DNA of 64,000 bases from positions 3,070,485 through 3,134,484 of the forward strand of contig NC_134027.1 of the NCBI RefSeq assembly GCF_964204645.1, read 5' to 3'. The translations under genes were made by a program, and so were the position numbers. Each line of letters opens with the position of its first letter. Positions within the stretch are counted from its first letter, which is position 1. Under the pieces are notes generated by a model. It was not told the DNA's origin, searched no databases, and saw only the letters and a list, made by a program, of their open reading frames with translations. Shown one piece after another: positions 40,367 to 55,300 of the stretch. Source of the DNA: Tubulanus polymorphus (taxonomy: Eukaryota; Animalia; Nemertea).

Positions 40367-43325
40367 GGCGATTTCCTGGTGACGTAAACCTGTGATTAAC
40401 AGTTAAACTAATTCTACGAAACGCCTTGAAGTTGTTAATTACACTGAATCACGTCCTATCCCTCGGTTTAACTAGCGGACTGTGGCATTTGCGTTATTAC
40501 AAACACTTTGTATCAAATGATTTCTTAAAATAGACTGTATGATATTATTTTTTTTAAAAGAATAAAAATGTTTGTTATTTTTTTTGGTAACTCGAGGTGC
40601 GTATCATGGATCTGTTAATAAGAAATCCAACGCTTCGATTGAAAGTGAACTTGTAGCTAATTTTTATGAGAAGCGATTCGTCGTCCCGTTTATAGGTTCA
40701 TGATCTTCCCTGGAATGCTTGCATTACTGCAAATTTCCAGAAATTAAAAACCCGTTGAATTATCGCGTGAGACACTTGCGTGACAAAAAGGAGCGGCGAA
40801 GGAATGGAACAAAACAGTAGTGAATGAACGTGAACGTGAATCTGCGTTTATGTAACATTTTTGTCAAACAAAATAGTTTAAATCTAATTAATTATAGATC
40901 TAAAAAAGAAGGACAGGAATTTTTGGTCCGACATTAAGGCGGATGAATTCCCACGTTCGTCGATCATTGAATTTGCAGAACACCTGCTTTTATACGTAGT
41001 CTGCGTTTCTAACTCATTTTATTAGTAAAGTCTGACGCTAATTTTCGAGTCTATTACTCTCTATTAACCGTAGACATGAACTGCGTCTTCAACCGTTGAT
41101 ACATTAGCCGCGCAAGACTGGCTACAAAGTCATCAAACATGGGCGCGCACGAGCCAGGTCAATTAGGAACAATTATTGCTTCCTTAGGAAAACAAACGGT
41201 AATCACCCCGGTCTACGAAGGACTTCCTTTGCCCAATCATCGCTTCCTTTTTACATTTTCCCCTCGTTCCTTTCGCCTATATATCAATGAAATTTGTTCC
41301 AATTTGCCGTAACTGTTAATTAAGGTGACATCAGTACGTCGTGCAGTGAAAGCGATGCGTCAATTTGCGTCTTTCAATATTAATTACTTAATCGCTTAGC
41401 TCGCATCCGCAGATGTTTTGCATCGAACAAAGCATTTAGATTCCTATTACTGGCATGTAAACTCGCTTTATAAATTTCCTGTCACCGGGTTTGGTGTTTT
41501 TATTGCCGTTCTGACGAGAAATTCCCCAGTCCAAATTATGAAACGAGGCGGGCTTCGTTTGCCGGCCGAATCAGCTGGCTCGAGAAGCGTGATTGGTAGA
41601 AAATTCCGAAAGAAGATGATGTTGACCTATTGCTATTTGTAAAAACAAACGAGAACAAATTATGTAAACAGCGCTAAACGCGACTTCGATGAATTATTCT
41701 AGATGTTCTCTTTACATCCGCGACCATGCCAGTCATTTCTACCGGTTTAATAACCTGTAATAACGGTGTCGGAACGTACCACGTCCGCTGAACTTATTTC
41801 GGATGTGATTTGCGCAAGGGCGAAGACCGGTGAACGCGAGTGATGGCGGAAAATAATGGCCAGGTGAGTTTACAAAAAAAACAACAATCCTCTCTTCATA
41901 CGTATCTTCAAATGATTTAGAACACATTTTTGAAGTAACCCTTTCAATTTTTACTTCCAAATACGTAAAAATTCTGCCACGAGTTGATTTCTATTAAACC
42001 TTGAAAGGTTCTCTTAATTTCTTTTTGAATCTGACAAAATTGTTTTTCTTTCCTTTCGTTACTATTTAATATTCAGCATTTTTATATTTATCATTAAGGG
42101 TCTGGCGCTAGATCTGTGGTTAAAAGCGCTCAATTATCATATAACTTCAAGAAAAAATATTGGGTTTGAAGCATAACCAAATCTATAATAACATTGTTAT
42201 AACCTATTATATATGCTACTAGTCATTTTTTGTGAGTCGAACACGGCACAATTATCCGATTGTGACAGGAATTTTCAAGGGCAGTTTTTCTCGAAATAGA
42301 AATGGCATATACAAGGCAAGCATCAGAACAAAAAAAACTTTCAAAACAAGCAAGTCTCGAAACTGGGTTTAGAACATTTTATGCCAACCACTATAGACCA
42401 CTGAGCAAAGCGACCGGCGTGGTTTGTATTGAATATAATGATGGGCCTAATGACCATTCAGGATTGACAGCTAAAAAAACCATATAATTCTCTGCTTAGA
42501 ATTGATTTCGTATCGGGTTCATTTTCACGAGTTTCTTTATTCCAAAATGGAAAATTTTTCAAAAAAGATGCACAATAAGATTATGAGCTCGTGATGATAA
42601 CAATATATTTTGGATTAAAAAAAGAACATGAATCAATACAAAAAATATTCCGGTAATGAAAAAGTCTCGAGCATGATAATCGAAAGGCAAAGACGAACGG
42701 TTCTAATTTTGTTCTGAGGCAACATGGGTCAGCCGAAACATGTTAACGATACGTATTTCAATACAAAATTGCTGACAACAAATATTACTGAAATGTATCG
42801 CTTTCCAAACTTCAAATTTAGTGATTCTTTTTTTCTTATCAAAACAAGTCTAAGCTGAACAGAAATAACGGATTGATTTGAACTCAAGACTTAACTATAA
42901 ACTTGAGCTAACTTCAACTATTTATTGTTGAAATCGAAATTATGGGAAGTCCTCTCGGAAAATATCCCCAAAGACTAGTAGAATCGCCCCCAAACTTAGG
43001 TCGACCTTTGCGAGAGACGGAGAAGGCAAATAAATTCTTTTTGCGATACGATTAAATCGTGCCTCGAGGAGAGAGATGTTCGTCGGTCTGTTATGATTAT
43101 AGGCACAAGTTTCCTGTTAGTCATTAGAACATCCGGTGTCCTAAACTTCTGCGTTACTGAGATAAAACTTTTTCCGCGGCCTCTTGGCTTTTCGTTTTCA
43201 TACCACTTCACAGTATATTCAAGTATTTCCCATGTTGAATATGAATACTTTCCGATCAGGGAAAGCAGTCGTCCGATCGCTTGTTCCTGGGCCGGCTACC
43301 GGCTATAGGAAGTTGTAATATCCAA

Positions 43326-46300
43326 ATGGTGAGTGTTTAACTCGAATATTAGAGATATTTGTCCGAGAAAGGAGGCTAGGTTTCGACACAGATTTCTCCT
43401 TTTCTAAAGTCTGTGGTTGTTATTCGATTTCAAAGTTTGTTATGCTGTAGATCAGCTGCTTGGGAGAAATATGAACATAAATATGATAAATTTATGGACA
43501 TAAATTCAAGGTACCGTATATGGTATATTTGATTGAATAGGTAACAGTTTGTTGTATATTTCAACAGATGGACAATGTTCGAACTGCTAAGATCATGAAA
43601 ATATTGTTTTTTTTTTTTACAAATCAATATTTACACCCCGGCAAATTTTTGTCAATTGATAGTTAACTATAGGGTCATATTTTACTTCAGGAGATAACTG
43701 CGCATCACAAGGAGATAAGCGATATTTCTACGAACTGGGACAACTCTCGAATTTATCCCGTCAAATCTGAAAATCAAAGTTTGAATATAAGTTCGCCAGT
43801 GAATGTTTCCTGCGATGTAGAAGGAAAGACCGGTCATCATGAGAAAACCCAGCCCTACAATAATAATTGGCACATGTGGAACTCCGTCGGCGAAAAAGGT
43901 GATAATAATGAAATAGGCGCGAGTCCAATGGCAGATACGCAAGTTTATTCGGCAGATTATAACTGTCAACAGCAAGCGACAAGTTGTAGCAATCAGTCAC
44001 GCGATATGAGTAGCATGCATGGCCATCCATCTACATCCACAGGATACGGAACCTTTCAACCGGCAAGTCGGGCTGATTGCGCCCAGTCCGAGACAAACAA
44101 CTTATCCGCGTTCAACGACCCATTGATGCCGCCAAACTCAGGCGCCTCAAGCATTCAGGTATCGAATGCAGTTGAGAAAGACACTGGACAACTATTACAG
44201 CCAAAGTTTCCAGGACCGGAAATGAGCAAAATCAACAAACTTGACTTAGGTGGTAAATACGATGCTAAGTATAACAATAAGAATCAACAGCAGTCAACAG
44301 AATTCAATAAATTCCATCAGCAACATTCACGCGTACCTCTAGATACAGATAACAACGGTACAGGGTCATCAGCACGTCAGGACTGCTGCTCTTCGGGACA
44401 AAAAAGAGTCATCGTTCCAGCAGGTAAGAAAATATATTAACATATATTACCACGTTTATTATCAAGAAAAATACGAATGCGTGTGTTTTTTAAATCATAA
44501 GCCATAAGAATTAGCCATAAGCCTTCAAATTCTTTAGTCATATGACAATAAGAAAACCACAAAAAAGTAAAAACTCGAAGGTATACATGACTTATATGTT
44601 ATTCATTGTGGAATATTTTCGTGATACTTAAACTGTTTATTGATGAAAAAAAAACAGGAGAATTTCTATTTTTGTATCAAAAACTCGCGCACGTTTCGTA
44701 CGCGCGCCGGCTTCAGAAATTAATTGGAAATCAGGTTTAATCGACCTTTACTCAATAGAGCCGCAGAATTTGGTGCGCTTTACAATCAAGTTCGCGACAT
44801 GTTTTGCCCGAAGCAAATCGTTAGCATGATCGTTATCTTCACGCGGTTTTAAACATCTGATTTATTACGCGTGCCAAGGCGTGCCAACCTGTCGTCCATT
44901 TGTCTCAATTCAGTTATAACAAATGACCACTGGATTTGGACTTTCGATAAAAACTGAAACTCGATCATAAAATGAATTCATTTATTTAAACCAACCGGCG
45001 AATTATTCTCCAAGTACCAGCGAGAAATTGTCGCCATTGTTTCATACGGTTTGGTTTGATTATTTTTACTGGGCAAACTAATAACTATCCCGTTTAGTTA
45101 AAGAATCAAACTTGAAATGGGATGAAATGGATTAAGTCGCTTTTAGCGCGCGAATGTCTGATATCTGTTTATCGCGTGTCGAATGTCGTAAAGTTTGTCG
45201 CCGACAATCAGTTGTATGGGTTAAGCACGATAGGAAGGAAGTCGTAGTTTGTTGTTGTACACTATGCCGCAACGGTAGATACATTAATAAATTTCACCGG
45301 GGCCGGAGACTTCGGGGGAGCTACAGATCGAAAAGAGACATGAATTAATAGGTTCATCACGCATCTACGTGGAAATCACCTGCCTTGTCCGGTGCGAGGC
45401 AGATGCTATTGATAATTGCCTTCAGTGTGTCTCCCCCATCAAATTGATACACATAAAATGTACCCGGGATGATGGTCGAAGTATTCTTAATGGACAGAAT
45501 CCAATTTACAACATATCGATTATAATATAACATACATTGTTTTTATCAAGAAATTACGATTCTCATCCGCTAACGTCATGCAATCTCGTGTGTCAAATTT
45601 CTCAGAAACCCGCACAAGTATACATATGTATACATGGATGTGGCAAAGCGAGACATTTTATTTCTTTAGAATTTTTTATTATTATGGAAAATTGGAGACC
45701 TAGCAATATACAATTGAAATCGATAGATATGCGCGGTTCGGTGAGTGACGTGGAATATTCTTGAGCGAATAATCTACCAAATCTTAACTCGTTCTTCCTC
45801 GAATAGCCGGAAAACCCACTAAACTGAATCGTAAATTTCTCGTTAGGAAAACATTTCTCTAGTACATATCTTAACCTGCTGGTGAGGTTACTGTGGCCCT
45901 ACCGACGTCCAATTTTCATTGCACAACTTGTCGATTTTGTTGAAATTTCATTTATTTATAAAGGCCACTGATAATTTCCGATTAAACCAATGCCCAAAGC
46001 GGCCGAAAGAAATTTGATATTAAGCGCACTGACCCACCGATTACTATTACAGCATAGCGGACAGTCTGGAACGGTCACACCCGGTAGAGCTGAACATTTT
46101 AGTGATCATTTCCATAGAAAAGTACATAGTAACAACACTAAATTACGATCTATGAAATAAGATATTATTACATCCGAATTTTTGGATTCATAGCATCCTA
46201 TTTTGTTTTAAGTTTCGCAGATTCTTTTAAACGAAATATTTGATTCGAAATTGATGTAAAATGAGAGCTGAAAACCGCAAAAACTGCGGTCTTTTTTCGA

Positions 46301-49300
46301 TTGTCATTGATTTCGATTTTATTGTGGTATTTGGATCTTTTGGCTTAATGCCTCGCTTAATTATACTGATGTGCAAAAACCGTGTTTGAGAACGAGGAAT
46401 CAAGCTGTATAGGAGGCTCTTATTGAAAGAACATTTCTAATGAAGAATGAATTACATTGACGAACAAAGTGCGAACACCTTGTTCACTGCATTATCAACT
46501 ATAATAACGAAGCGCTGATGAAGTAGACGGGTAGATTTTTCGACCACCTGCCTTTATAGGATGCACAAATGAGCTCTTATAATGTATCGACAATATGGGC
46601 GTAATGCCGGTCATTAACGCGTTTAGGAATCTTACTGATGAGCCACGTAAATGATTGGCTTTGTGCGCTGATGATCGGCAAACTGATCGGGGTATTTGCA
46701 CATCATGAGAACAGGAATTAATTAACTCGTCTACAGGATGCGTTTTCACGAAATTGTCGATCATCGGTTGAGACAATGAAAGATGATGAATTTTTTATGA
46801 CTCAATTATTCTTTCGTTTATGACGAAATTCTTATTTCGCCTCCCGGAATCATATCGGATCCTCGAAACAACAATTTTTGATATCCAGCATCTGACAATC
46901 CCTCGAGCTGGATGGATGTTGAATATATTTGATTAACACGATTCACGCATGAACCATCCCATGAAATGGTGTAAATGGTTTGTTAATTCATATGTGTAAA
47001 TCGCAGGTGCGCGTAGAACTTCCGTTGAAAAGTTGAAAGAGGTACACCTTTCCCGTGATTATACGAGAATTGAGGGAAAATATATCTCAGACTAATAACA
47101 TAAAATCCCACTATTTACAGATTAAAAGAATTTAAAAACCAGAATTTATTTATTCAATCAAAAATATATAAAAGACACTTTTATAAATAAATTCTGGTTT
47201 TTAAATTCTTTTAATCTGTAAATAGTGGGATTATTTAAAAACCAGAATTTATTTATTCAATCAAAAATATATAAAAGACACTTTTATAAATAAATTCAGG
47301 TTTTTAAATTCTTTTAATCTGTAAATAGTGGGATTTTATCTTATTATCCGTTCACCACGTTTGAGTGTGGTTATCGTTCTATATCTCAGACTGTTTCAGA
47401 CATCAACAACTATTATGTCTAAGATAATAATATTTCTTGATGTCTGAAATATTCGTTAATTGAAAATGTTTGATTAATCACCTCATTATTTTTGACACGG
47501 TGATTAGATGGGTTAAGCGCGTCGCCGGTCAGGGAATTTTCTACAAATCAATTAATGTTTATAACTAGACCATGTTTTGACAACAGTCATCAACAGAGAC
47601 ATTGTATTCTATTGACACGACTTCATTTACAATTACGCATTACATTCTTAAAGAATGAGTCTGAGAGCATTGTTCTTTGAATTATGCGGCGTAGAGAAAG
47701 TAGAAAAATAGAAACACTCTGGAGAGGTTTGAAGAGTCAAATACCGCACGCTGTGGTAATATCGGTAGACGCTGACGAACCCCACGGGACCTGCCATCCG
47801 CCATTGTCGTCGACTTCCGAGGGTGTCGACACAACCAATCATACGTTTTATAACAAAAGGATACTAACTAAGTGGGCGGGAAAACATGTTGAACGCACGT
47901 GCAACACAGCTGAAAATAATTCAATATTTTGGAATTCCCGACACCTTGGGCCATTCAAATAGCCGCTATGGTAATTAATGTACAGAGGTAAATCGTAATG
48001 AATCAAACCTGACTAATCAACCGGGTATTAAATACAAGGCGATTCCAATCAAATCTTCATTAAATCGTCAACATCCTTACGGGACGAAACTATCGACTGG
48101 ACCCGCAGATTTTTGGCATCTTTGGAATATAAACATCGCGTTACAGAATTAAACACGTTTGTACGACTGTGTTGATTTACGAGCGTCTGAAGATATAAAA
48201 CTGCATTTGAAACTGGGACACGAAACGGACATTTTTATTTACTTCATCGCCTGCGCATATACACACGACGTACAGAGGCGGTTGCTGGGTTTATATAATA
48301 ATTAATAATGTGTCGATATTTTTGTAATGATACAGATCCAAATCTGTGGACACCGGATCACGTCAGGCAGTGGTTGGAATGGGCGAAGAAAGAATTTACT
48401 CTGACGGATTTTGATACGCGAAGATTTCAGCATCTCGACGGACGGGATTTGTGTCGACTCGGTCGAGACGATTTCAACCGACTGACTGGTCCGTACAACG
48501 GAGAGATTCTCATAGCTCATTTGGACGTCCTACGAAAATGTAAGTTAACCAAGAAATTTATTTTCAAAAAAAAAGTTCAAAAATAAGCTCCGTTTCCATT
48601 TGGTTTTTTTTTTCAAGAGCGACCCGAATTTGAAATAGTTCTATAAGATCGATACTAATTTCACTTAATTCATTATCACGTATACGGAAGGATTTCTGTA
48701 GAATGGGAAACTGTGAAAGAATTTTTGATATTTTTTTATGCACAAGCAAATCATGTTGGCCATTAATTTCACTTATATACTTTACCATAAACAGTTGATA
48801 TTTATTTGGTTCAATATTGAAAATGTCAATTACATTTAAAGGGCAACACGCTCCCATAGTAAGAGGTGGGTTTTTTATGAAGTGGCTATAACTGAAAAGG
48901 ACATAATTCTTAAGTTGTCATGGTTTTGATTGTGATACCAATCTACGGTTCTTTGAATTCAGTATACTATTTGAACCTTAGGGTTGGCAAAATATATACA
49001 AGTATAAATCTGCTGATACATGCTGCGTATAAATGTATCTTACAGCTTCTTCGATGTCAGCTTGCTCGAATACGGCGACTGACTGCCACGAATCAGCCAC
49101 CGCTCCCAGAACGACTGGTCGTAAACTAGCTGCAGATATGTCGCACCTTTCTCCCTGTTCATACGCCAGTATGCCGGAACCCGTCCGAGATACATTGAAA
49201 TCCGGTAAGTTCAACAGCGGATCTAGGAATTTATAAATGCCAGGTGGACCTGAAGATTCGAGGGCTACAAGCGAAACATTGGTGGGGGTTCTAGTGGTTC

Positions 49301-52300
49301 TTCCCTCAGAAATTTTAAGAAAAAGGGGGCTTTCTTTGAATTATCTTAGGTCTTTTTCAAATTTTCTTTAAAAAAAACAGAATATCAGATTATTTGAAGG
49401 GCACATTCGAATTATGAAGGGGGTGGACCAGTCCACCTGGTCTATCCCCCCCCTAAATCCACCCTTGAAGCTTGCTAATTACAATAATTTGCTATCGACC
49501 ATCAACTTGTGATTTGATATCTTGTTGATCTTTTTTCAATTTGTGCTCATGGATTTCATCAAAAACACATAGTATTTTTTATTTCATCACTCATAACGGA
49601 TCTAAAAATCTCTTATCTGATGGCTTGTTGATTGTCGGCGCGGGACTCACAAAGTTCAGCATAGTTTCAGTTTAGCTTCAAGATTTTACGGCCAGATGTC
49701 GCATCGATCTACGAGCAAAATTGCTCGTAGCATCGATCAAGAGGATTTTATATTCATTTCGACTCAATGACTAATTATTTGAGGCTTAAACCACGCTATT
49801 GGCCTTCGCAAAGTAAATGGATTAGGAAACGCACTTATTGGCGATTCTCCTTATCGCAAGAATAGTGCAAATTAGCAATTCTTCAGACTCCATATGAGTG
49901 GTCCCCGGAAAAATCATTTGGTATTGCTTTGAACATTAACATCTACCAGAAGTATGGTCTCCAAACAAGGAAATAACTTATAACAGAGGTACCACGACCC
50001 TGGGGTCAGTCTTATAGACCGGTATTAACTATAACCTGGGGCTAACTCAATTCATTTCCATCGGGTTTAAGTTGATACCAGTCTATAAAACCGTTAGGCC
50101 TCAGTTTTATATTCGCCTCAGATACACAGTAAGTGAACCGCACTTTTTCTTAGCTATTTGTATAGTGTTGGTCCACAACAAAACCACAAAATAGTCATCT
50201 GGCTCTTTCGTTAAAAATCTACAATCAAACACAAAATGACATACATGTATATGTAAAAATGATATGCTGCATTTTAAGTCCGGTAATTTGAGAGACAATG
50301 TCTCAACTCGTTATCTGTTCTGATTTCACGAATCTGAAAATTTTTTGCCGTTAACCGACCTAATCTCCTCATGCCAAAAAAATGTGTTCATGTCCTTTCC
50401 AATCACAATAGATCAACCTCTAATCCCACTTAATCAGCTGCAATTATTTGATTTTTGCTCTTCCATTTAGTCGGTGGCTTTTTTCGATAATCATTCTCTT
50501 TGGATGTGTCATTAACACACGGCCTGCGGCCCTCATAAATCTTGGCGCGACGCGAGACTTCCTCGGCCGTGTAAATGTCTTCCTGCTCGGCCCGGAACAT
50601 TTCCTGAGCGATTGCGATACGGATGCGCTCTTTAGCGGCTCAACGGAAAAGCTTTTCAATTTGCTCGTGTCTATAAACTCATTGACAATAATCATATTAG
50701 TCTGTCACTGCGCTTATCGGTTGCGCTCAGATTCATTTCGGCAAATCATCATGTTTAGAAAGTGCAGCTTTCACTTGACGATAAACCCAACTCCATTTCC
50801 AGCGGCGTCAGTCATGTGTGTAATGCCGTTAGGCGGACGCAAATCAGCGTCAAAAAACTCATGGCAGAACGAGCAAATTTAACCAGCATAAAAGGTGCTC
50901 ACGGAACCTTTGTTTTGTCAATATTGACATAAAATCAGTGGATGTAACTGCACAAGGCCTGACTTACGGTTGACAGGACACCATGTAAACGTCATTAGGG
51001 CACGTTTATAGCTAGTGCGAGAGATCGGTCGACAATCAGAACTGGTTCATCATCATCAGGAGTCGATTGTGACAAACGACATGCAGGAAACCACCAGGAT
51101 GTACCTGGGCCGTTTGGCCGATATGCACTGCCTGAAACAGGCTGAGTATCTACGCACATCGTGTTTGGCGGCCGGTTTCCAATTTCATGGTACGAACCAA
51201 ATAAAAAACTTTTTAAGATAAAGTTTTTAAAAGCGCGCTTTTTATACGTTCTATTTGTGCGCGGCTTGATTGGTATTGTAATCTGAAGTTTACACTAAGG
51301 ATGCGATGCGGAGATATTGATAGAATATTATATATATTTTATTGAGAATTAGTTTGTAGTTATTACAAAGTTACGAAGTGTGTTTTTGTTGTTACAGATC
51401 CTCTTCACGCTAAAGCCGTATGGTCACCTCCACCTACTCATCAGAGTCAAGGTAAGCAGATTTTATACTGATTTATTATCAATGACTAATGCAGGGCAAC
51501 TGCAATTTTCTTTTTTGTTCAATCATTCAGAAATATTGCGAACTATTCATACATGGAATATAAGAAAGCCTCTTTGATTATTCAATTTTCTAAAGCTTTA
51601 TTGACTTACATTGAAAGGAATTTATTTACAGTCAACGTAGATAGGATATATCTTTATATTTCTAAAAACGTGTAATGCTATAGTTAAATTCCAATAAAAT
51701 CGTAAACTTATTACAAATGATGATTTTGAATATAAGATTTAAAAGAAATTATTACCGAGTTGAAATACTAACCAAAATGAACAGCAAAGCGTGTCGTTTA
51801 GTTCATTATACAATTCCATAAACTGAATGGAAATCAAAAAAATATTTTAGTTAATGGATACAATTGGACATATTTCGTCCGAGTGCTAGTTGAGATAAAT
51901 TTCCAATCCATCATAGTCAAAAAATCTGAATGTGTCATTTAATGTTTATTCACGCAATGTACGCGGCGGCTCTTCCATAAACTGCTAAATGGCACCGTTA
52001 TGTTTATATAATATTCGTAATGTGCATCGGGACTGACGTTTTGGTATTTCAATCCTTTTGGTTCATTAGCATCAATTAGAGAGAATTCTGAGCGGTGTTT
52101 GCATTGAGTAAACCTCGTTATTACCGCAATTGTGCTTCGTATGAGGGAAATGTTTGTTCTTTTGAAATACGTAAAAATATCTTTGAAACATCAATGATCG
52201 AAATAGGAAATACCATGCTATATCGGTCTACTTTGCGAGAGTTTTCAGTCGTAGAACTTAAAGATTATAGATATCCTTGTTAAAAAATTCGAAAGCCATA

Positions 52301-55300
52301 GATAAGAAAATATGTCATGAAAATAAAATCAATTGCAAATAAGACTATGTTAACACAATACAATAATTTGGATAATGATGCCGTGCTATGTTTGAAAAAT
52401 TTTTCAAAATCTTGTTATCATATATCCGTATATTTCTGGTTGTTCCCTGCTGCGTTTCTAATATGGGCTAGGGTGGTTCAAGACGATTGAAGACTTATTA
52501 AAGGGCGTTGTTTGCACGGGAATCATCGCGACTACCAAGGGACGAGTACTGCGCGATCTGAACTAACTAGTACTATTATCACTGCTGTGCACTACTGCCA
52601 CAGTGCAGCCAACTGGAAAATTAACAACCACGAACACAATACACATCAGACTCTGCAGCCAGGCTGAAACGGTTTTCCGGCGTGTTAAATTTGTCGTAAA
52701 ATTCCACCCAGATTTCAAATATGAATCCGTCGAATCGTTGATAAAATTTCCGGATATGGAAGTTTATGCGGTTCATCGTAATCAGCTGCGCACAGGAAAA
52801 CGAATATTACGCTCAACTTGATGCGTGTTTTCTAACAACCACCGTCGTCTACAAGAATAAATTCTCTTTCAGACATAAATACTTTTTGAAAAGCTCACGT
52901 ACATAGGAAGATTCCATTGAATCTAATCAGTTTCCTGCATTTATTTTTGGTTTATTCAAGGTTACTTTCACAGCTGCGTTCAACAAAACAGAGATGTGCA
53001 CCCCCACTGGCGGACACAAGGTAAGGGTATTTTCGTGAAATTCATAATTTCTAACGACAATCTCTTATAACGAAAAACTTGGAATCGGTTCAGCGCGAAA
53101 AAATTGTTTTGATAAGCCAAAAGATGATGCGCGGTATACACTTAACCAGTGACTGGAATAACGGCGCGCTAACAACTGGAAATCAGAGGATGAAATAAAT
53201 TTACCGGTCTGTCATTGGCATTTACCCTGATATGTGATTCGATTTAGCGACTTATTCATAACTGACGATAAACACAATTAACTGTAGAGAATACGGAATA
53301 ACCGTCTAAACGGTAGTTCGATCACCAATCACTTCTCTTTGATAGTCTGACATCCTTGGCATGGGTAAGATTACATCGTGAAAGATATCTTATCGATTCG
53401 TCATTAAAGTTCCTTGTGAGGTTTAGCAATTCAAAACTATCAACAGGAAAAAAAAACATTTTATTCATCGATGTGGTTTTAAATAGTCAGACTCGATCAA
53501 GAAAATTATTGATTACTTCCCAAACTTGTCACCGGAACTGACGTAGTAGATGGTGATCGGCAGTGTTTACGCGCAATAGTTGTTCAACCCATAAAATGAG
53601 TGAGTGAGCGAAAATCGGAAATACAAATGGGAAATTCATGGCGCTTGGCCTGTTATGTGAAACTTCCTTCCTCGTTTGTGGGGGGCAATTTACCGGGCAG
53701 ATTACAACCCCTGAATTGACAGGTCCCGAGAGAAATCAACAACCGACTTGGCTTGCATAGCGTATGCTAGCGACGGTAGCGACGACCTAACGTCGTTAAG
53801 CAGTATGGGGAAATCACTTTATCAGGCTGTGTATATTCAATAAAATTGGGCAGAGCCGCGTAAAATCGGTTCGTGAATTGAAAAGTAATGGCGCCAAATC
53901 GCGGAATCGGCGCAGAATCCGAGGAAATACACCGGTAACCTCGTCATGCTAATGTTGCCGTGTTTGAAAAGATCAAGGAACTACCGACTTCCACGATGAC
54001 GATTGTCGAAGATTGTGGAATTGAGTTTTCAGATAACTTCGTCTCCTCTTGATTTCTGCCACTGGTTTTTATTCCAAATTAGCGGTCGTTTCACAAGTTT
54101 CTACCGACTCTTTCATCAACATAATAGAGACCTTTAGGGGATTCATACACAATCGACTGAAAGCTCAGATCGTCGTCACACCCCGGAGAATGACACATCA
54201 TTTCGATTGATATCAATCCAGAATTGATAACATCGTTTTTAATTTCCTTCTCTTTTCGCGCGTGTTTGAACCAAAAATCTAAACGATAATTCGATTACGT
54301 CCGGTATATTTGCAATCTGTTTTTAAATTCATTTAACTTCACGAAAGTTTTTTTTTATTCAATCGATTGTTTCGAAGAATTTAAGCCAATACGCGCGGTG
54401 GTCAACGAATTACCGTCAGACAACAAGCCCGTCTGTCTCCGGAGATTTCGTTGATGGAATTTGTACCTTCATAAAACGTTCAGCTTCATCGTCGCGAATC
54501 GGCGAGCAAATTACTGAGTAAATACCACTCACAACGACGTAAATTACATTATTCTTGTAGAGAATTAAAACGACAGATACCGAGCTTCAAACATGGGTTA
54601 AATTGGATGATTATCGGATCGTTTAACCGGGCAAATGGTTTTTGACGTTAGCTATCAGGCCCGGAATAGAGTGAAACTTGTAATCAAGTTGCAGTCGTGA
54701 TTTGATAACTGATACACGTGCCTCTGATTGGGGGGTGTCTTTCATGTCGTTAAGTGGCTGAGACAACAGCGTAATCAAATACTTTGGAAATTATTCCGGA
54801 TAATCTCGACGTTTCGACCTTCGCGTTTTTCGGAAGTTCAAACAGACCGGCGACGCGTTCGATTTTTCACTGATAATCAAATCACGCGATAAGAATAGGA
54901 AATGGCGCCCAGGAACCGGATAATCAGATGATATGCGTAGAATTAGAAATGATGCGTCGGGATCGAAACGAGTTGATAATCGCATTATGAATCTCGAGAT
55001 GACGATAGTAAACATTGTTCGCTACCGATACGCATCTAATATCCCGCTTCATTTTCTATTTACAGATCCATATCAACTGTTCGGACCAATATCGAGTCGT
55101 CTGTCAAATTCAGGTAAATTATTCTTCGAAAATCAAAACGATACACGGAACAATTTATTCATCACTTTTTTTTTCATTTTGCACAGAAATTTTGTGTGTA
55201 CTATCTATATTATATCAACTTATATCATCCTTTACAGGGAGCGGTCAAATTCAGCTGTGGCAATTTCTCCTGGAACTTCTCAGCGACAGTAGTAATGCTA

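Noticed and set aside
50448-50882. 144-aa plus-strand ORF in an ERG intron
   Set aside because: TTG start and no domain; better explained as GC-richer regulatory DNA.
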